Assembly (NCBI RefSeq): GCF_000737315.1
Contig: NZ_JMCB01000013.1
Coordinates: forward strand, 1 to 64,000
DNA length: 64,000 nucleotides
DNA from: Hyalangium minutum
Lineage (GTDB): Bacteria; Myxococcota; Myxococcia; Myxococcales; Myxococcaceae
Reading direction: 5' to 3'
Shown: piece by piece, positions 54,556 to 64,000 of the stretch
How the letters are laid out: every line of letters begins with the position of its first letter
How positions within the stretch are numbered: position 1 is the first letter of the stretch
Translations under genes and position numbers: made by a program
Notes under the pieces: generated by a model
Seen by the model: only the letters and a program-made list of their open reading frames with translations
Database searches by the model: none
What the model was told of the DNA's origin: nothing

Positions 54556-55929
54556 ATGATGGCCCGTTGCCTCGTCATCGGTCTCACGGTCGCGCTCCTG
54601 GGCGCGGCACAACCGTCGGCTCCGGCCGAGGCGGCCTTCCTGAAGGGGGAGAAGGCGCTCGCGGCGAACAAGCTGGACGATGCAGCGGCGGCCTACCGCA
54701 AGGCGTTGGATGCGACGCCCAACTGGGCACCGGCGATCAACGGCCTGGGCAGCGTGCTCTTCAAGAAGGGCCAGTCGGTGGAGGCCATCGCGCTCTTCAA
54801 GTCCGCGACCGAGGCGGATCCGGACTTCAAGCTGGCGTGGTTCAACCTGGGCTACGCGGCGCGCAAGTCCGGGGACTTCGCCACGGCGGCGCGGGCCTAC
54901 GAGCGCTACACGCAGCTGGATTCGAATGATCCGGATGGCTTCTACGGGCTGGGGGAGAGCTACCGTCAACTGGGCGAGCCCGCCAAGGCGATCACCGCCT
55001 ACGAGACCTATGTCTCGCGCGAGAAGCGCCCCAGCGAGCAGAAGTGGGTGGAGAAGGCGCGCGAGCAGGTAACGGCCCTGCGCGCCCAGACCGCGGCCCC
55101 TGCTGCGGCTCCTCCTGCGGCTCCGGCCCCTGCTGTGGCGGTGGTGGCCACTCCGGCGCCCGCGGCCTCCCCTGCGGCGGGCCCGGCCGTTGCTCCCGCC
55201 CCCCTCATCCCAGCCAGTCAGCTGAACCGGAACCTCTCCATCACCCGGGCGCGTGATGGCGATGCGCTGATGAAGGAGCGCCGGTACCGCGAAGCGACCT
55301 TTGCCTACTTGGACGCGGTGCACGCGGATCCGTTCAACACGGAGGCGCTCTTCAAACTGGGGAACGCACTGGCGGTGCTGGGCTACTACGCTCAAGCCGT
55401 GGAGTACTGGAGCCGTGCGGCGGGCTCCACCCAGGACGCGGCCATCCGCCAGAGCGCGCTGGACAACGTGGCCAAGGCGCAGGGGCGAATCGCGCAGCAG
55501 GGGGGCTCTCCGCAGGCACAGGGCGTGGCTCCCGGCTTCGGGCCGCTGGCGGACACGACGCGCACCCAGGCGCGCGGGGCCTACGAGCAGGGAGTTCAGC
55601 GCATCCAGGCGCGGGACTATGCGGGAGCGCTGCAGAGCCTCACGCAGGCCATCCAGTTGGAGCCGACGCTGGCGGTGGCCTTCATCGCGCGTGGGAGTGC
55701 CTACATTGGCCTGCGCCGGTACGCAGAGGCGGCGGTGGACTACGAGTACGCACTTCGTCTGGCACCGGACATGGCCTCACCGCTGTATGGGCTGGGGGAG
55801 AGCTACCGGATGCTCGGGCGGAGCGCGGAGGCGCGCGCCAGCTACGAGCGTTATGCCACCTCGACGGCCAAAGACGTGCGGCCCGAACTCCAGGCCGAGG
55901 CACGGCAGAACGCCGAGCGCCTGCGCTGA
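54556..55929 (+). CDS. Exported TPR-repeat protein
   Basis: N-terminal signal peptide; three TPR clusters (A..NLG, A.F.LG, LYGLG..Y) separated by Pro/Ala linkers. Confidence 0.85.
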   Translation: MMARCLVIGLTVALLGAAQPSAPAEAAFLKGEKALAANKLDDAAAAYRKALDATPNWAPAINGLGSVLFKKGQSVEAIALFKSATEADPDFKLAWFNLGYAARKSGDFATAARAYERYTQLDSNDPDGFYGLGESYRQLGEPAKAITAYETYVSREKRPSEQKWVEKAREQVTALRAQTAAPAAAPPAAPAPAVAVVATPAPAASPAAGPAVAPAPLIPASQLNRNLSITRARDGDALMKERRYREATFAYLDAVHADPFNTEALFKLGNALAVLGYYAQAVEYWSRAAGSTQDAAIRQSALDNVAKAQGRIAQQGGSPQAQGVAPGFGPLADTTRTQARGAYEQGVQRIQARDYAGALQSLTQAIQLEPTLAVAFIARGSAYIGLRRYAEAAVDYEYALRLAPDMASPLYGLGESYRMLGRSAEARASYERYATSTAKDVRPELQAEARQNAERLR

Positions 55930-55994
55930 ATATGCAGACGTTATCCGCTGAGGGATGGGTGGCGGATGTCACACCCGTGCCTTAGCTTGTCTGC

Positions 55995-56423
55995 ATGGAC
56001 GGGCGTAATTCCGAAGCTGCGGGCCGGCAGGTGTTTCGTCCTCGGCGTGTGCTCGCGGCGCTGATGGCGGCTGCGGGGCTGCTGTGGGTGATGGTGTTGG
56101 TGTACCTGCTGAGCTTCGAGGGCGTCCCGCTCAAGACATTTCTGGCGGTGATCTTCTTCGTCGTCTTCTTCGGTGTGTCGGTGATGTACTACGCCCGGAC
56201 GCGGATCGTGGTGGACGCGGGAGGCATCACCTACCGGGGCATGGTGCGCACGAAGCGCTTCTCCTTCAAGGAGATCCGCAAGGTGGACGTGCTGCCGGGT
56301 CCAGTCACGGTGTACGCCATCCGGGACACGGGTGGTGGCCTGGTGCACTTCACGAGCTTCTTCACGCACCACCAGCGGCTCGCGGCGCTGCTCGTGGAGC
56401 GAGCGGGTCTCAGGCCGGTCTGA
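55995..56423 (+). CDS. Membrane protein, 2 TM + bacterial PH-like domain
   Basis: Two hydrophobic helices followed by RIVVDAGGITYRGMVRTKRFSFKEI. Confidence 0.7.
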   Translation: MDGRNSEAAGRQVFRPRRVLAALMAAAGLLWVMVLVYLLSFEGVPLKTFLAVIFFVVFFGVSVMYYARTRIVVDAGGITYRGMVRTKRFSFKEIRKVDVLPGPVTVYAIRDTGGGLVHFTSFFTHHQRLAALLVERAGLRPV

Positions 56424-56440
56424 CCCGAGGCCCATAGGCT

Positions 56441-57286
56441 TCACCCTACCAGCGCATACGTCACGAGCACTCCAGCCACGGCTGACGCCACGCCCAGGCC
56501 GATGAGCCACCACTCGGTCAGTGACGGCTGATGGGCGGTCTCAGCCATGGGCGGTGGGGACATGTCTGAAAGCTCGGCGGGCAGCGGAGCGGGCTCAGAG
56601 TCTGCAGAGGGCTCGGAGGCTGGAGGCGGCTCTTCCACGGCGGCCTGGAAGCGCAGGAGCGTCTTCCCCATCTCAATGACGTCCCCATCCGAGAGCAGCT
56701 CGGATCCCTGTACACGGCGGCCGTTGAGGTACACGCCATTGGGACTGTTCAGGGCCACGAGGGTGAACTGAGCGCCCTGACGTAAGACGCGGCCATGAGA
56801 GCGCGAGACGGTTCGGTCTCTCAAGCGGAAGGTCATCTGGGCTCCGCGGCCGATGTCGGTCTTCTCTTCGGCCAAAGGAAAGGTGCGGCCCACATCCAGG
56901 CCCGTGAGGCAGGTGAGGGTGGCGGCGCGAGAGCGGACCAGGCCATCACCATCGGTGAGCAGGTGCTTGAGCACGGCCACAGTGCCCATTCCCCGAGAGC
57001 CTCCTTTCGAGGAGTCGAGGATCTTCAGGCGCATGTCCTCGGGCAACCCCACCACTTCGCCGGGGAGCACCAGCCGAGGCACTCCCGGCGGAACGAGCAC
57101 GCCATTCACGGTGAAGGTCTGCGAGGTCCCCACTGTCAGGCGAGAGCCCTCAATGGTCAGCTTGAGGAAGCTGGGAGGCAGTGCCTCCAGCCGGACATGG
57201 TCGTTGGGGCCTCCTCCCAGCAGGTGCTGGCCGTCGGTCAGCTCGAACGGAGTGGCCGTTCCCAAGTGCTCGAATTCGAAGTGCAT
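56441..57286 (-). CDS. FHA domain protein with a C-terminal TM anchor
   Basis: IGRG...LRDRTVSRSHG...NSPNGVYLNG...GDVIEMG, plus an N-terminal degenerate FHA-like domain. Start reassigned to ATG 57286. Confidence 0.85.
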   Translation of the reverse strand: MHFEFEHLGTATPFELTDGQHLLGGGPNDHVRLEALPPSFLKLTIEGSRLTVGTSQTFTVNGVLVPPGVPRLVLPGEVVGLPEDMRLKILDSSKGGSRGMGTVAVLKHLLTDGDGLVRSRAATLTCLTGLDVGRTFPLAEEKTDIGRGAQMTFRLRDRTVSRSHGRVLRQGAQFTLVALNSPNGVYLNGRRVQGSELLSDGDVIEMGKTLLRFQAAVEEPPPASEPSADSEPAPLPAELSDMSPPPMAETAHQPSLTEWWLIGLGVASAVAGVLVTYALVG

Positions 57287-57513
57287 GCGTCGGGACTGAG
57301 CAACCTTGATGCCAACCCAGGTCCGCTCGTAAACGCCCCCACCGACCGTCCATGGCCGTGGACGGACCGTCTCCGTCGCGAGACGCTTCACCCCCAGTCT
57401 CCCCTCGCACTCCAGCCCAAGTGGTCTGCTTGTCAGACCAGTTTGCGGGCAGCACGGCCAGCCCCGGGGTTTTCTGCACCCACCGAGGCCACTCCGTTAG
57501 GATTCCGGCGCCG

Positions 57514-58725
57514 ATGGGCCTCCCCCGACCGTTCGTCCTTCCCCTGCTGACGTTATCGATGCTCCTCCTCGTGGCCTGCCGGGATGAGCAGGCGGGCCCG
57601 CGCCCGCGCACCCAGAAGATGCCCACCGTCGAGCAACTGCAGCCTCGCACCCTGGACACTGTGCCGGGGGACCTCACGTTCCGCAGTGGGGCCACGTTTG
57701 CCGGCGGGGCGATCGTCTACTTGGGCTCTCGGGTAACCCCGGCCCAGGCCACACCCGGCCAGCAGGTGACGCTGTCGCACTACTTCCAGGCGGCGCGCCA
57801 GGTTCCACCCGGATATGGCTTCTTCGTCCACATCATTGATCCGTCCACCGGGCAGATGCTGATCAACGCGGACCACGAGTTCCAGAATGGCCTGGCGCCG
57901 CTCGGCACGTGGCCGGTGGGCAAGATCATCGAGGACACGCATGCCATCCAGCTGCCGCAAGCCGCCGCGCGGGTAGTGCTTGGATTCTGGCGCGACGACC
58001 AGCGCCTGCCGGTGGACGACCCGAGGGCTCAGGATGGGCAGAACCGCATGATCGGGCCGGAGCTGGGCGGCAAGGCGCCAGAGCTCCCCGAGTACAAAGC
58101 CCCTCGAGCCCAGAAGCCGCCGGTCATCGACGGGGTGCTGGACGACGAGGCGTGGAAGTCGGCCCCTGTGGCGGTCTTGCAGGGCAGCTTTGACGGCCGT
58201 CCCGTGGTTCTGCGCACCGAGGCTCGGCTGACCTATGACGATGCGAACCTCTACGTCTCTTTCGACGCGGAGGATCCGGACATCTGGGGCACGCTGCTCA
58301 AGCGGGACGAGCCCATCTACGAGCAGGAGGTGGTGGAGATCTTCCTCGACGCCAACGCGAACGGGAGGACCTACAACGAACTCCAGGTGTCACCGCACAA
58401 CGTCATCTTCGACGCGTACTTCCCGGCCCGGAGGCAGGGAATGGACACGGGCTGGGACTCGGGGATGAAGACGGCGGTGAAGGTGAAGGGGACGATCGAC
58501 GACCCCTCCGATCGGGACGAGCGCTGGACGGTGGAGCTGCAGATCCCCTTCGCGCGGCTGGCGGAGGTGCCGAACGTGCCGCCCAAGAAGGGCGACCGCT
58601 GGCGCTTCAACCTGTACCGGCTGGAGCACCTGGGGCGCACCAACGTCGAGGGCCAATCCTTCTCCCCGGTCTTCGTGGGAGACTTCCACGCGCTGCCGCG
58701 CTTCGGCTGGCTGACCTTCGACTAG
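57514..58725 (+). CDS. Lipoprotein with a CBM9-like (DOMON-like) sugar-binding domain
   Basis: Lipobox LLVA-C. PVIDGVLDDEAW, YDDANLYV.F...D, EVVEIFLD, WTVELQIPF, WRFNLYR. Start ATG 57514. Confidence 0.85.
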   Translation: MGLPRPFVLPLLTLSMLLLVACRDEQAGPRPRTQKMPTVEQLQPRTLDTVPGDLTFRSGATFAGGAIVYLGSRVTPAQATPGQQVTLSHYFQAARQVPPGYGFFVHIIDPSTGQMLINADHEFQNGLAPLGTWPVGKIIEDTHAIQLPQAAARVVLGFWRDDQRLPVDDPRAQDGQNRMIGPELGGKAPELPEYKAPRAQKPPVIDGVLDDEAWKSAPVAVLQGSFDGRPVVLRTEARLTYDDANLYVSFDAEDPDIWGTLLKRDEPIYEQEVVEIFLDANANGRTYNELQVSPHNVIFDAYFPARRQGMDTGWDSGMKTAVKVKGTIDDPSDRDERWTVELQIPFARLAEVPNVPPKKGDRWRFNLYRLEHLGRTNVEGQSFSPVFVGDFHALPRFGWLTFD

Positions 58726-58976
58726 GCGTGGGGAGTGATCTCCCAGTGCGCGTCCGCGACGGAGCGCTCGGAGGGGTCCCCCAGGAAGCGAAGGAAGCCG
58801 CGGAGCTCGAGGGTGTCGATGAGCTCTTCGGACTCCAGCTCGGAGAAGCCCTTCATGTGCACGAGCATGTCCCGCATCATGGACTTGCCGCGCAAGTAGC
58901 CTACGGGCTCACCAGGTCCCAGTGCGCCCTTCAAGTCCTCAGTCAGCTGCCTCAAATCGAGATCATCCGAGATCAT
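58722..58976 (-). CDS. Small conserved hypothetical protein
   Basis: MISDDLDLRQL..PVGYLRGKSMMRD..SELE.EELIDTLE.RGFL.F; GC3-biased, directly downstream of comEC. Confidence 0.7.
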   Translation of the reverse strand: MISDDLDLRQLTEDLKGALGPGEPVGYLRGKSMMRDMLVHMKGFSELESEELIDTLELRGFLRFLGDPSERSVADAHWEITPHA

Positions 58977-58980
58977 CCCT

Positions 58981-61446
58981 TCAAGGCTGGGGATGGTGGG
59001 CGACTGGGGCAACGGGGGAAGTGGAACGCGGCTTCTCGCGTGTCAGGTAGCCATGCAAGCGGACCTGACGGCCGTCGCTCTCCAGGGTAACGGCACCGTC
59101 CAGATCCGTACGAAAGCACTCGCTGCCCAGGGACTGGTAGCGCTCGAAAACCTCCGGGTGAGGGAAGCCGAACCGATTGCGGAGCCCCACGCAGAAGACG
59201 ACGTACTTGGGCTGGGTCCGCGCCAGCATGGGTTCAGTGGATGACGTGCGAGAGCCATGGTGAGGCGCCTTGAGCACCGTCACGGGCCCCAGGCGGTCGA
59301 GCAGCAATTCCTCACCGGCCTCCTCCACATCGCCCGTCAGCAGCACGGTGACGTCGCCATGGCGCACGAGCAGCACCACACTGCGGTCATTCACTCCTTC
59401 GAGCAGCTCGCGATCTTCGGGGAGGGGAGGTGCCAGCACTTCGAGCGTGGCCTCGCCCAGCTGGAACGAGGGCCACTCGGCCTGGACCTCCTCGACCTTG
59501 GCGCCACCGGCCGCGGCGATGAGCTTCCGGGACAGGGCGCCATCCGTGCTGCTCGCGGGTAGCCAGAGGCGGTCCGTGGGCACCTCGGCCAGCGTGGAGA
59601 TCATCCCCAGTGCATGATCCGGATGGGGGTGGGAGAGGACGGCGAGATCCAGCCGATCGATATGCTCGTGCTGGAGAAAGGGGATGACGTAGCGCTGGCC
59701 TGTGTCCGCGCCACCGGGCGCTCCACCGCCATCCACGAGCGCATGGTGTCCCCGTGAGCTGAGGACCATGGAGTCTCCCTGGCCCACGGAGAGGAAGGTG
59801 ATGCGCAGAGGCGGCTGAGGTGTGAACACCGGCAGCAGCACGGCCATCACGAAAGCCGCCGGTGTGAGCAGTCCTCCGAGCCGCCAGCGTCCCCTGCCGA
59901 GCGCCCACATCGCGAGCCCCAGGGCATACATCGCCGTGAGCCACGGCCCGAACGTGGGCAGCTTCACGGTGGCGAGCGGCATCGCCGCGAAGAACCGCGT
60001 GAGGATGATCAGCAGCTGGGACACCCAAGCCCCAGCCCACAGCACCGGAGTGGCCAGCATCGGTGAGACGATGAACAGCGCCACACCGCCTGCGGCGAAT
60101 CCGGTGAGCAGGCCGCACAAGGGCAGGCAGACGATGTTGGAGATCAATCCCGCGAGGCTCGCACGGCCAAAGGCGCTGGCCACCAAAGGCACACTGGCTC
60201 CGGTGACTGCGGCGCTGGCTCCGAACGTCTCCAGGATGGTCTCTCGCGCCTGCCCCCAGAGTCGCATGAGCCTGCGCTCCTCCTTCGGATCCGGAGGCGC
60301 AAGGGGAACAGCCGCACGCAGCGCCGGCGTGAGCAGCAGCAGGCTCAGCACCGCGAGGAAAGACAGCTGCAGCGACAGATCCACCACGCTGGAGGGCGCC
60401 CAGATAACCAGCAGGAGCGCCGCGGCAGACAGGCTGTTGAGCCCATCCGCGCGCCGCCACAGGGCCAGCCCCAGCAGCACCACCGTGGCCATGACCGCCG
60501 AGCGCACTGCCGGAGGCTGGTTGCCCGTAAAGACAACGTAAGCCCAGACAAACGGCACGGAGGCGGGAGCCGCCACCCGCCGTGCCTCGATGCCACGGAA
60601 ACGTATCCCCACGCGCACCAGCAATCGCCGCAGCAGTGCAAGCGTCATCAGCGCCAGCGCCGCCACGTGCAGTCCGCTCACGCTGAGCACGTGCGCGAGG
60701 CCGCTCCGCGAGAACGCATCCTCCAGCGAGTCATCCAGCGCCGCCCGCTGACCCGCGGCGAGCGTGAGGAACAGCGCCGCCGCATCCTCCGAAGGTGCCA
60801 GCCTCCGCACCGCCGCGGACAGCCCCTCCTGCGTCCGCGCAATGGCCTGCCACCCCGTGGAAGGGGGCGACAACACCAACAGCCGTCCCGCCACCACGCT
60901 GCCGGAAAACACAAAGGCCTGACGTCTGCGAGCCGCCGTGAAGTTCTTCTCACCCGGGTTGGCCGGAGGGGCCAGGGGCTGCAACTTGGCCTCCGCCCAG
61001 ATGCGTTGTCCCGGCAGCAGCGTGGGCCCAGCACCGTGCACGTAGAGGCTCGCGCGGAAGCGGACCGGAGCTGTCGCGTCGGCCTTCACACCCGCCCGAG
61101 CCACCGCCAAGTGGATCCGCGTCGAGTCCTCGAACGGATCCACCCGTTCGATCTCTCCCTCCAAAATAACGGATCCACCGCTGATCAGCTCCGGCGGCAC
61201 CTCCACGCGGGCCTCGAGCGCCCCGAGCCCCGCGCCCGCAACTCCCAGTGCCACCAGCAACACCAGGTGAGCACCAGGCAACCGAGCGAGCGATAGCACG
61301 GCCGCACTCATGAGAGCCGCGATGATCAGGAATACCCAGCCTCCGGAGCCCGTTCCCAACGGGCTCAACGCAGCACCGAGCATCACAGCTAATGCAGGAA
61401 AGAAGAGAGGGCGCGCCGAGAGGTCGCCCCATACATAACGATCCAC
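58981..61446 (-). CDS. comEC: ComEC/Rec2 DNA-uptake channel with a metallo-beta-lactamase domain
   Basis: F.RSGLAHVLSVSGLHV, P.AVRS.VM, SLQLSF, ITFLSVGQGDS, LSHPHPDHALG, NDRSVV, LLTGDVE, KAPHHGSRTSS, RTD.DGAV. Confidence 0.95.
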   Translation of the reverse strand: MDRYVWGDLSARPLFFPALAVMLGAALSPLGTGSGGWVFLIIAALMSAAVLSLARLPGAHLVLLVALGVAGAGLGALEARVEVPPELISGGSVILEGEIERVDPFEDSTRIHLAVARAGVKADATAPVRFRASLYVHGAGPTLLPGQRIWAEAKLQPLAPPANPGEKNFTAARRRQAFVFSGSVVAGRLLVLSPPSTGWQAIARTQEGLSAAVRRLAPSEDAAALFLTLAAGQRAALDDSLEDAFSRSGLAHVLSVSGLHVAALALMTLALLRRLLVRVGIRFRGIEARRVAAPASVPFVWAYVVFTGNQPPAVRSAVMATVVLLGLALWRRADGLNSLSAAALLLVIWAPSSVVDLSLQLSFLAVLSLLLLTPALRAAVPLAPPDPKEERRLMRLWGQARETILETFGASAAVTGASVPLVASAFGRASLAGLISNIVCLPLCGLLTGFAAGGVALFIVSPMLATPVLWAGAWVSQLLIILTRFFAAMPLATVKLPTFGPWLTAMYALGLAMWALGRGRWRLGGLLTPAAFVMAVLLPVFTPQPPLRITFLSVGQGDSMVLSSRGHHALVDGGGAPGGADTGQRYVIPFLQHEHIDRLDLAVLSHPHPDHALGMISTLAEVPTDRLWLPASSTDGALSRKLIAAAGGAKVEEVQAEWPSFQLGEATLEVLAPPLPEDRELLEGVNDRSVVLLVRHGDVTVLLTGDVEEAGEELLLDRLGPVTVLKAPHHGSRTSSTEPMLARTQPKYVVFCVGLRNRFGFPHPEVFERYQSLGSECFRTDLDGAVTLESDGRQVRLHGYLTREKPRSTSPVAPVAHHPQP

Positions 61447-61563
61447 AACCTACCCCGCCCGTCCTATCCCCGGCGCGGTACCCACAGCAGTGGGCGGCGC
61501 GCATGAAATCCGACACGGTAGTAGGGCAGTTCTGAGATGGTCAAGAGTTCATCGGCGGAAACG

Positions 61564-61592
61564 TTGCTGGAACGTGTGGTTTGTGGTAGTAG
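61564..61592 (+). promoter_or_regulatory. Possible primary-sigma promoter of cdnL
   Basis: TTGCTG-N17-TAGTAG with a TG extension; lacks the final -10 T. Weak evidence. Confidence 0.3.
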
Positions 61593-61642
61593 TGCCGTGC
61601 GTCCGTAGGCCGGAGCCGGAATTTTCAAGGAGGCGGTAACGA

Positions 61643-62140
61643 GTGCAGACCAGCTTCAAGACTGGTGACAAGGCGGTTTATCCGGGCCAAGGGGTCGGCG
61701 AGGTGATGGGCATCGAGCACACCGAGGTGGCCGGGCAGCGCCAGTCGTTCTACGTGCTGCGCATCCTGGAGAACGGGATGCGGATCATGATCCCCATCAA
61801 CAAGGTCGGCTCGGTGGGCCTTCGCGAGATCATCAGCGAGGAGGACGTCAAGCAGGTCTATTCCATCCTCAAGGAGAAGGACATCTCCGTCGACTCCACC
61901 ACCTGGAACCGCCGGTACCGGGAGTACATGGAGAAGATCAAGACGGGCTCCGTCTTCGAGATCGCCGAGGTGCTTCGCGATCTGTACCTCCTGAAGGGTG
62001 ACAAGGATCTCTCCTTCGGTGAGCGCAAGATGCTGGATACGGCGCGTTCGCTGCTGATCAAGGAGCTGTCGCTGGCCAAGGACTGCTCCGAGGAAGAGAT
62101 CGAGTCGGACCTGAAGAAGATCTTCAACATCACCGCCTAG
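61643..62140 (+). CDS. cdnL: CarD/CdnL family RNA polymerase-binding transcription factor (stand-alone, no HMGA domain)
   Basis: FKTGDKAVYPGQGVGEV, IMIP..VGLR, WNRRYREY.EKIKTGS.FEIAEV.RDL, LSFGERKML..AR.LL..EL; AGGAGG RBS, GTG start. Confidence 0.93.
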   Translation: MQTSFKTGDKAVYPGQGVGEVMGIEHTEVAGQRQSFYVLRILENGMRIMIPINKVGSVGLREIISEEDVKQVYSILKEKDISVDSTTWNRRYREYMEKIKTGSVFEIAEVLRDLYLLKGDKDLSFGERKMLDTARSLLIKELSLAKDCSEEEIESDLKKIFNITA

Positions 62141-62168
62141 CAGAAGCAGCGCCGCTGGCGCATGCTCG

Positions 62169-62202
62169 GCCCCGGGCTCCTCAGAGGAACCCGGGGCTTT
62201 TT
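62169..62202 (+). terminator. Intrinsic terminator after cdnL
   Basis: GCCCCGGGCTCC-TCAGA-GGAACCCGGGGC followed by TTTTT. Confidence 0.7.
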
Positions 62203-62203
62203 C

Positions 62204-62887
62204 ATGTCCGAAGAGCAGCTCATCCGAGAGGAGCGCGAGCGGCGCATCGCCGAGCTGGAGGCCCGCCAAGCGCGGAGGCCTCGCAGCCCGCTGAGGGTAC
62301 CGGTGGCCTTGGTGGGGATCGGCGTGGCCACTGCGCTGCTGGTGATGCAGTGGCGCGAGGTGAGCTATTTCTTCTCGCCGCGCACGCCGCTGTCCCTGGG
62401 CGCCGAGGGCGAGTACCGCTATCCAGAGCGGGTCTCCAACCGCTACGCGCAGCTTCACGGTGTGCCCACCACTCAGGGCGCCTATGAGCGGGAGGGGGAC
62501 GCGGTGTTCGTCCTGGTGGGGCTCCGGGACTCACCGTTCCTGGTGCGCAGGCCCGCCTTGCCGGGAGAAGAGTGGTCCCAAGGGAGGAAGCCGCCTCAGC
62601 CGGATCAGCGGCCCTTCGCGGTGCGAGGACGGCTGCTCGCGGAGGAGGACGCCTCTCGGTACAGCGAGGCATTCAAGCTGATGCGCGAGAAGGGCGAGGT
62701 GCAGCCGCTGCAGGGGCGCCTGTGGATCATCATCGAGGGACAGCGGCCCGGAGAGGACTTGGGGCGCTTGGTGGTGACGCTGCTGCTGGTGCTCGTCATC
62801 GCCGCGAACGGGCTGTTCCTGGTGCAGAACCTGCGCCGGCCCACGGCCTCGAAGAACGGGGACGAAGGCGGGGCTACTTCCCGTTGA
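62204..62887 (+). CDS. Hypothetical membrane protein (2 TM flanking a periplasmic domain)
   Basis: TM VPVALVGIGVATALLVM and a C-terminal TM LVVTLLLVLVIAANGLFLV. Start ATG 62204 (alternative 62162). Confidence 0.7.
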   Translation: MSEEQLIREERERRIAELEARQARRPRSPLRVPVALVGIGVATALLVMQWREVSYFFSPRTPLSLGAEGEYRYPERVSNRYAQLHGVPTTQGAYEREGDAVFVLVGLRDSPFLVRRPALPGEEWSQGRKPPQPDQRPFAVRGRLLAEEDASRYSEAFKLMREKGEVQPLQGRLWIIIEGQRPGEDLGRLVVTLLLVLVIAANGLFLVQNLRRPTASKNGDEGGATSR

Positions 62888-64000
62888 GCTGCTGCAGCTC
62901 TGTCTTGGCCCACGTGTTCGAGGGATCGTACTTGAGGGCCATCTCGAAGGACTCGCGCGCGGCGGCCTTGTCCTTGGCCTTCAGCTGATCCTGGCCCAGC
63001 TGGGTGTAGAGCTTGCCCACCTGCCTGCGGATCGCTTGCACATGCTTCGCCCAGCCCTGGGACAGCTCTTGATCCACGGCCAGCGCGGTGGCGAGGTTCT
63101 GAATGGCCCGGGCCGAGTCCTTCGCATCCAGGGCCTTCTGGGCGGCGTCACGGGCGTTCTGGAACTCAGAGAGCTTCTTGGTCAGCGGCTCGAGCTGTCC
63201 GCTGCGGGCCAGATTCAGCGCGCCGGCCACATCTCCGGACTCGTACAGCGAGAGGACCGCGTCACGGCTCACAGGAGCCGCAGCAGGGGCGGGGGCCTTC
63301 TCAGCGGCGCTCGAGGGCGCCGAGTCCTCCGAGCGAGCGGTGGCGGCCTTGGTGCTCGCCTTGGTGCCCTTCCGGGACGCCAGGGGCTTCGCGCTCACGG
63401 ACGAGGCTCGGGGTCCCTGGGAAGGCTTGAGGGGCTTGAGCGCTCGAGGAGATTCCTCGGCCACCACCTCCTCCTGGGGCGCAGCGGTCTGCTCCTCCTC
63501 GTTGGCGGAAGGCGGAGGGACGTACTCCGTGGCCTGCGGCGCTGGAGCGGTGGCCTCGGGAGGCGTAGCGCTCTCGGTGGACGGGGCTGGCGCGGGCGAG
63601 GGGCTGCGCTGAGCCGGGCCCGAGAACTTCAGGAATGCGAGAGTGAGCAGCGCCGCCACCCCCGAGCCCACGGCCGCCGCTATGAGCGCGACGCGCGAGA
63701 GGCTCATGCGGCGGCGGGTGTGTGACGCCGGTGCCGTGCGGGTCTCGGTGACCACCGAGGGCGCCGCTTCCTTCTCCGCAGGCGCGCCCGGGCCCCGCAG
63801 CTTCAGCACCGCGTTGCCCAGGGAGATCTCGTCCCCGACGACAATCTCCTGGTCCGCGGAGAGCTTGATGCGGTTGACGAAGGTGCCGTTCTGGCTGCCC
63901 AGGTCTCTCAGCGTGAAGCGCTCGCCCTGGCGCATGAGCTGGGCGTGGCGGCGGCTGATGGACGGATGCTGCAGCCGCAAGTCACACGCGGAGGCCCGGC
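62874..64000 (-). CDS. FHA domain protein with TM and C-terminal TPR; 5' end lies outside the window
   Basis: CDLRLQHPSISRRHA...DLGSQNGTFVN...GDEISLG, a TM helix, a Pro/Ala linker and ARESFEMALKYDP. The frame stays open to the window edge. Confidence 0.88.
   Translation of the reverse strand, partial: RASACDLRLQHPSISRRHAQLMRQGERFTLRDLGSQNGTFVNRIKLSADQEIVVGDEISLGNAVLKLRGPGAPAEKEAAPSVVTETRTAPASHTRRRMSLSRVALIAAAVGSGVAALLTLAFLKFSGPAQRSPSPAPAPSTESATPPEATAPAPQATEYVPPPSANEEEQTAAPQEEVVAEESPRALKPLKPSQGPRASSVSAKPLASRKGTKASTKAATARSEDSAPSSAAEKAPAPAAAPVSRDAVLSLYESGDVAGALNLARSGQLEPLTKKLSEFQNARDAAQKALDAKDSARAIQNLATALAVDQELSQGWAKHVQAIRRQVGKLYTQLGQDQLKAKDKAAARESFEMALKYDPSNTWAKTELQQLNGK

Noticed and set aside
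58981-61446. comEC as evidence of a novel competence system
   Set aside because: comEC is broadly conserved even in bacteria not known to be competent, and no other competence or pilus genes are adjacent.

Overview
A GC-rich, gene-dense chromosomal segment from a myxobacterium, most likely suborder Cystobacterineae (Stigmatella/Hyalangium/Archangium-like). The taxonomy is inferred from the cdnL, uvrA, purA and nadA sequences, myxobacterial-type Ser/Thr kinase, FHA and VWA/Ig lipoprotein genes, and apparent synteny with the M. xanthus uvrA-purA-comEC-cdnL region as I recall it. About 47 CDS. I found no rRNA, tRNA, CRISPR array, IS or prophage. Housekeeping genes: nadA, uvrA, an AddAB/AdnAB-like pair, purA, comEC, cdnL, two POT peptide transporters, a ROK kinase and a deoxynucleoside kinase. 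Most interesting: (1) a metallophosphoesterase that tracks eukaryotic RNA lariat debranching enzyme Dbr1 motif by motif, in a lineage known for 2'-5'-branched msDNA; (2) a translationally coupled PilZ-PilZ-GNAT / SAM methyltransferase / V4R-sensor double-kinase operon that looks like a synthase-modifier-receptor cassette; (3) a photoactive yellow protein with natural Y42F/T50A/R52I substitutions and no chromophore-biosynthesis genes nearby; (4) two effector/pore-former-like proteins, one followed by a trigger factor lacking its ribosome-binding domain; (5) a bacterial POT transporter with a ~150-aa insertion at the position of the animal PepT1/2 extracellular domain; (6) a secreted protein with a fungal-metallothionein-like Cys cluster; (7) a kinase that seems to need a non-AUG start. 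All family assignments come from motif recognition by eye; no searches were run.
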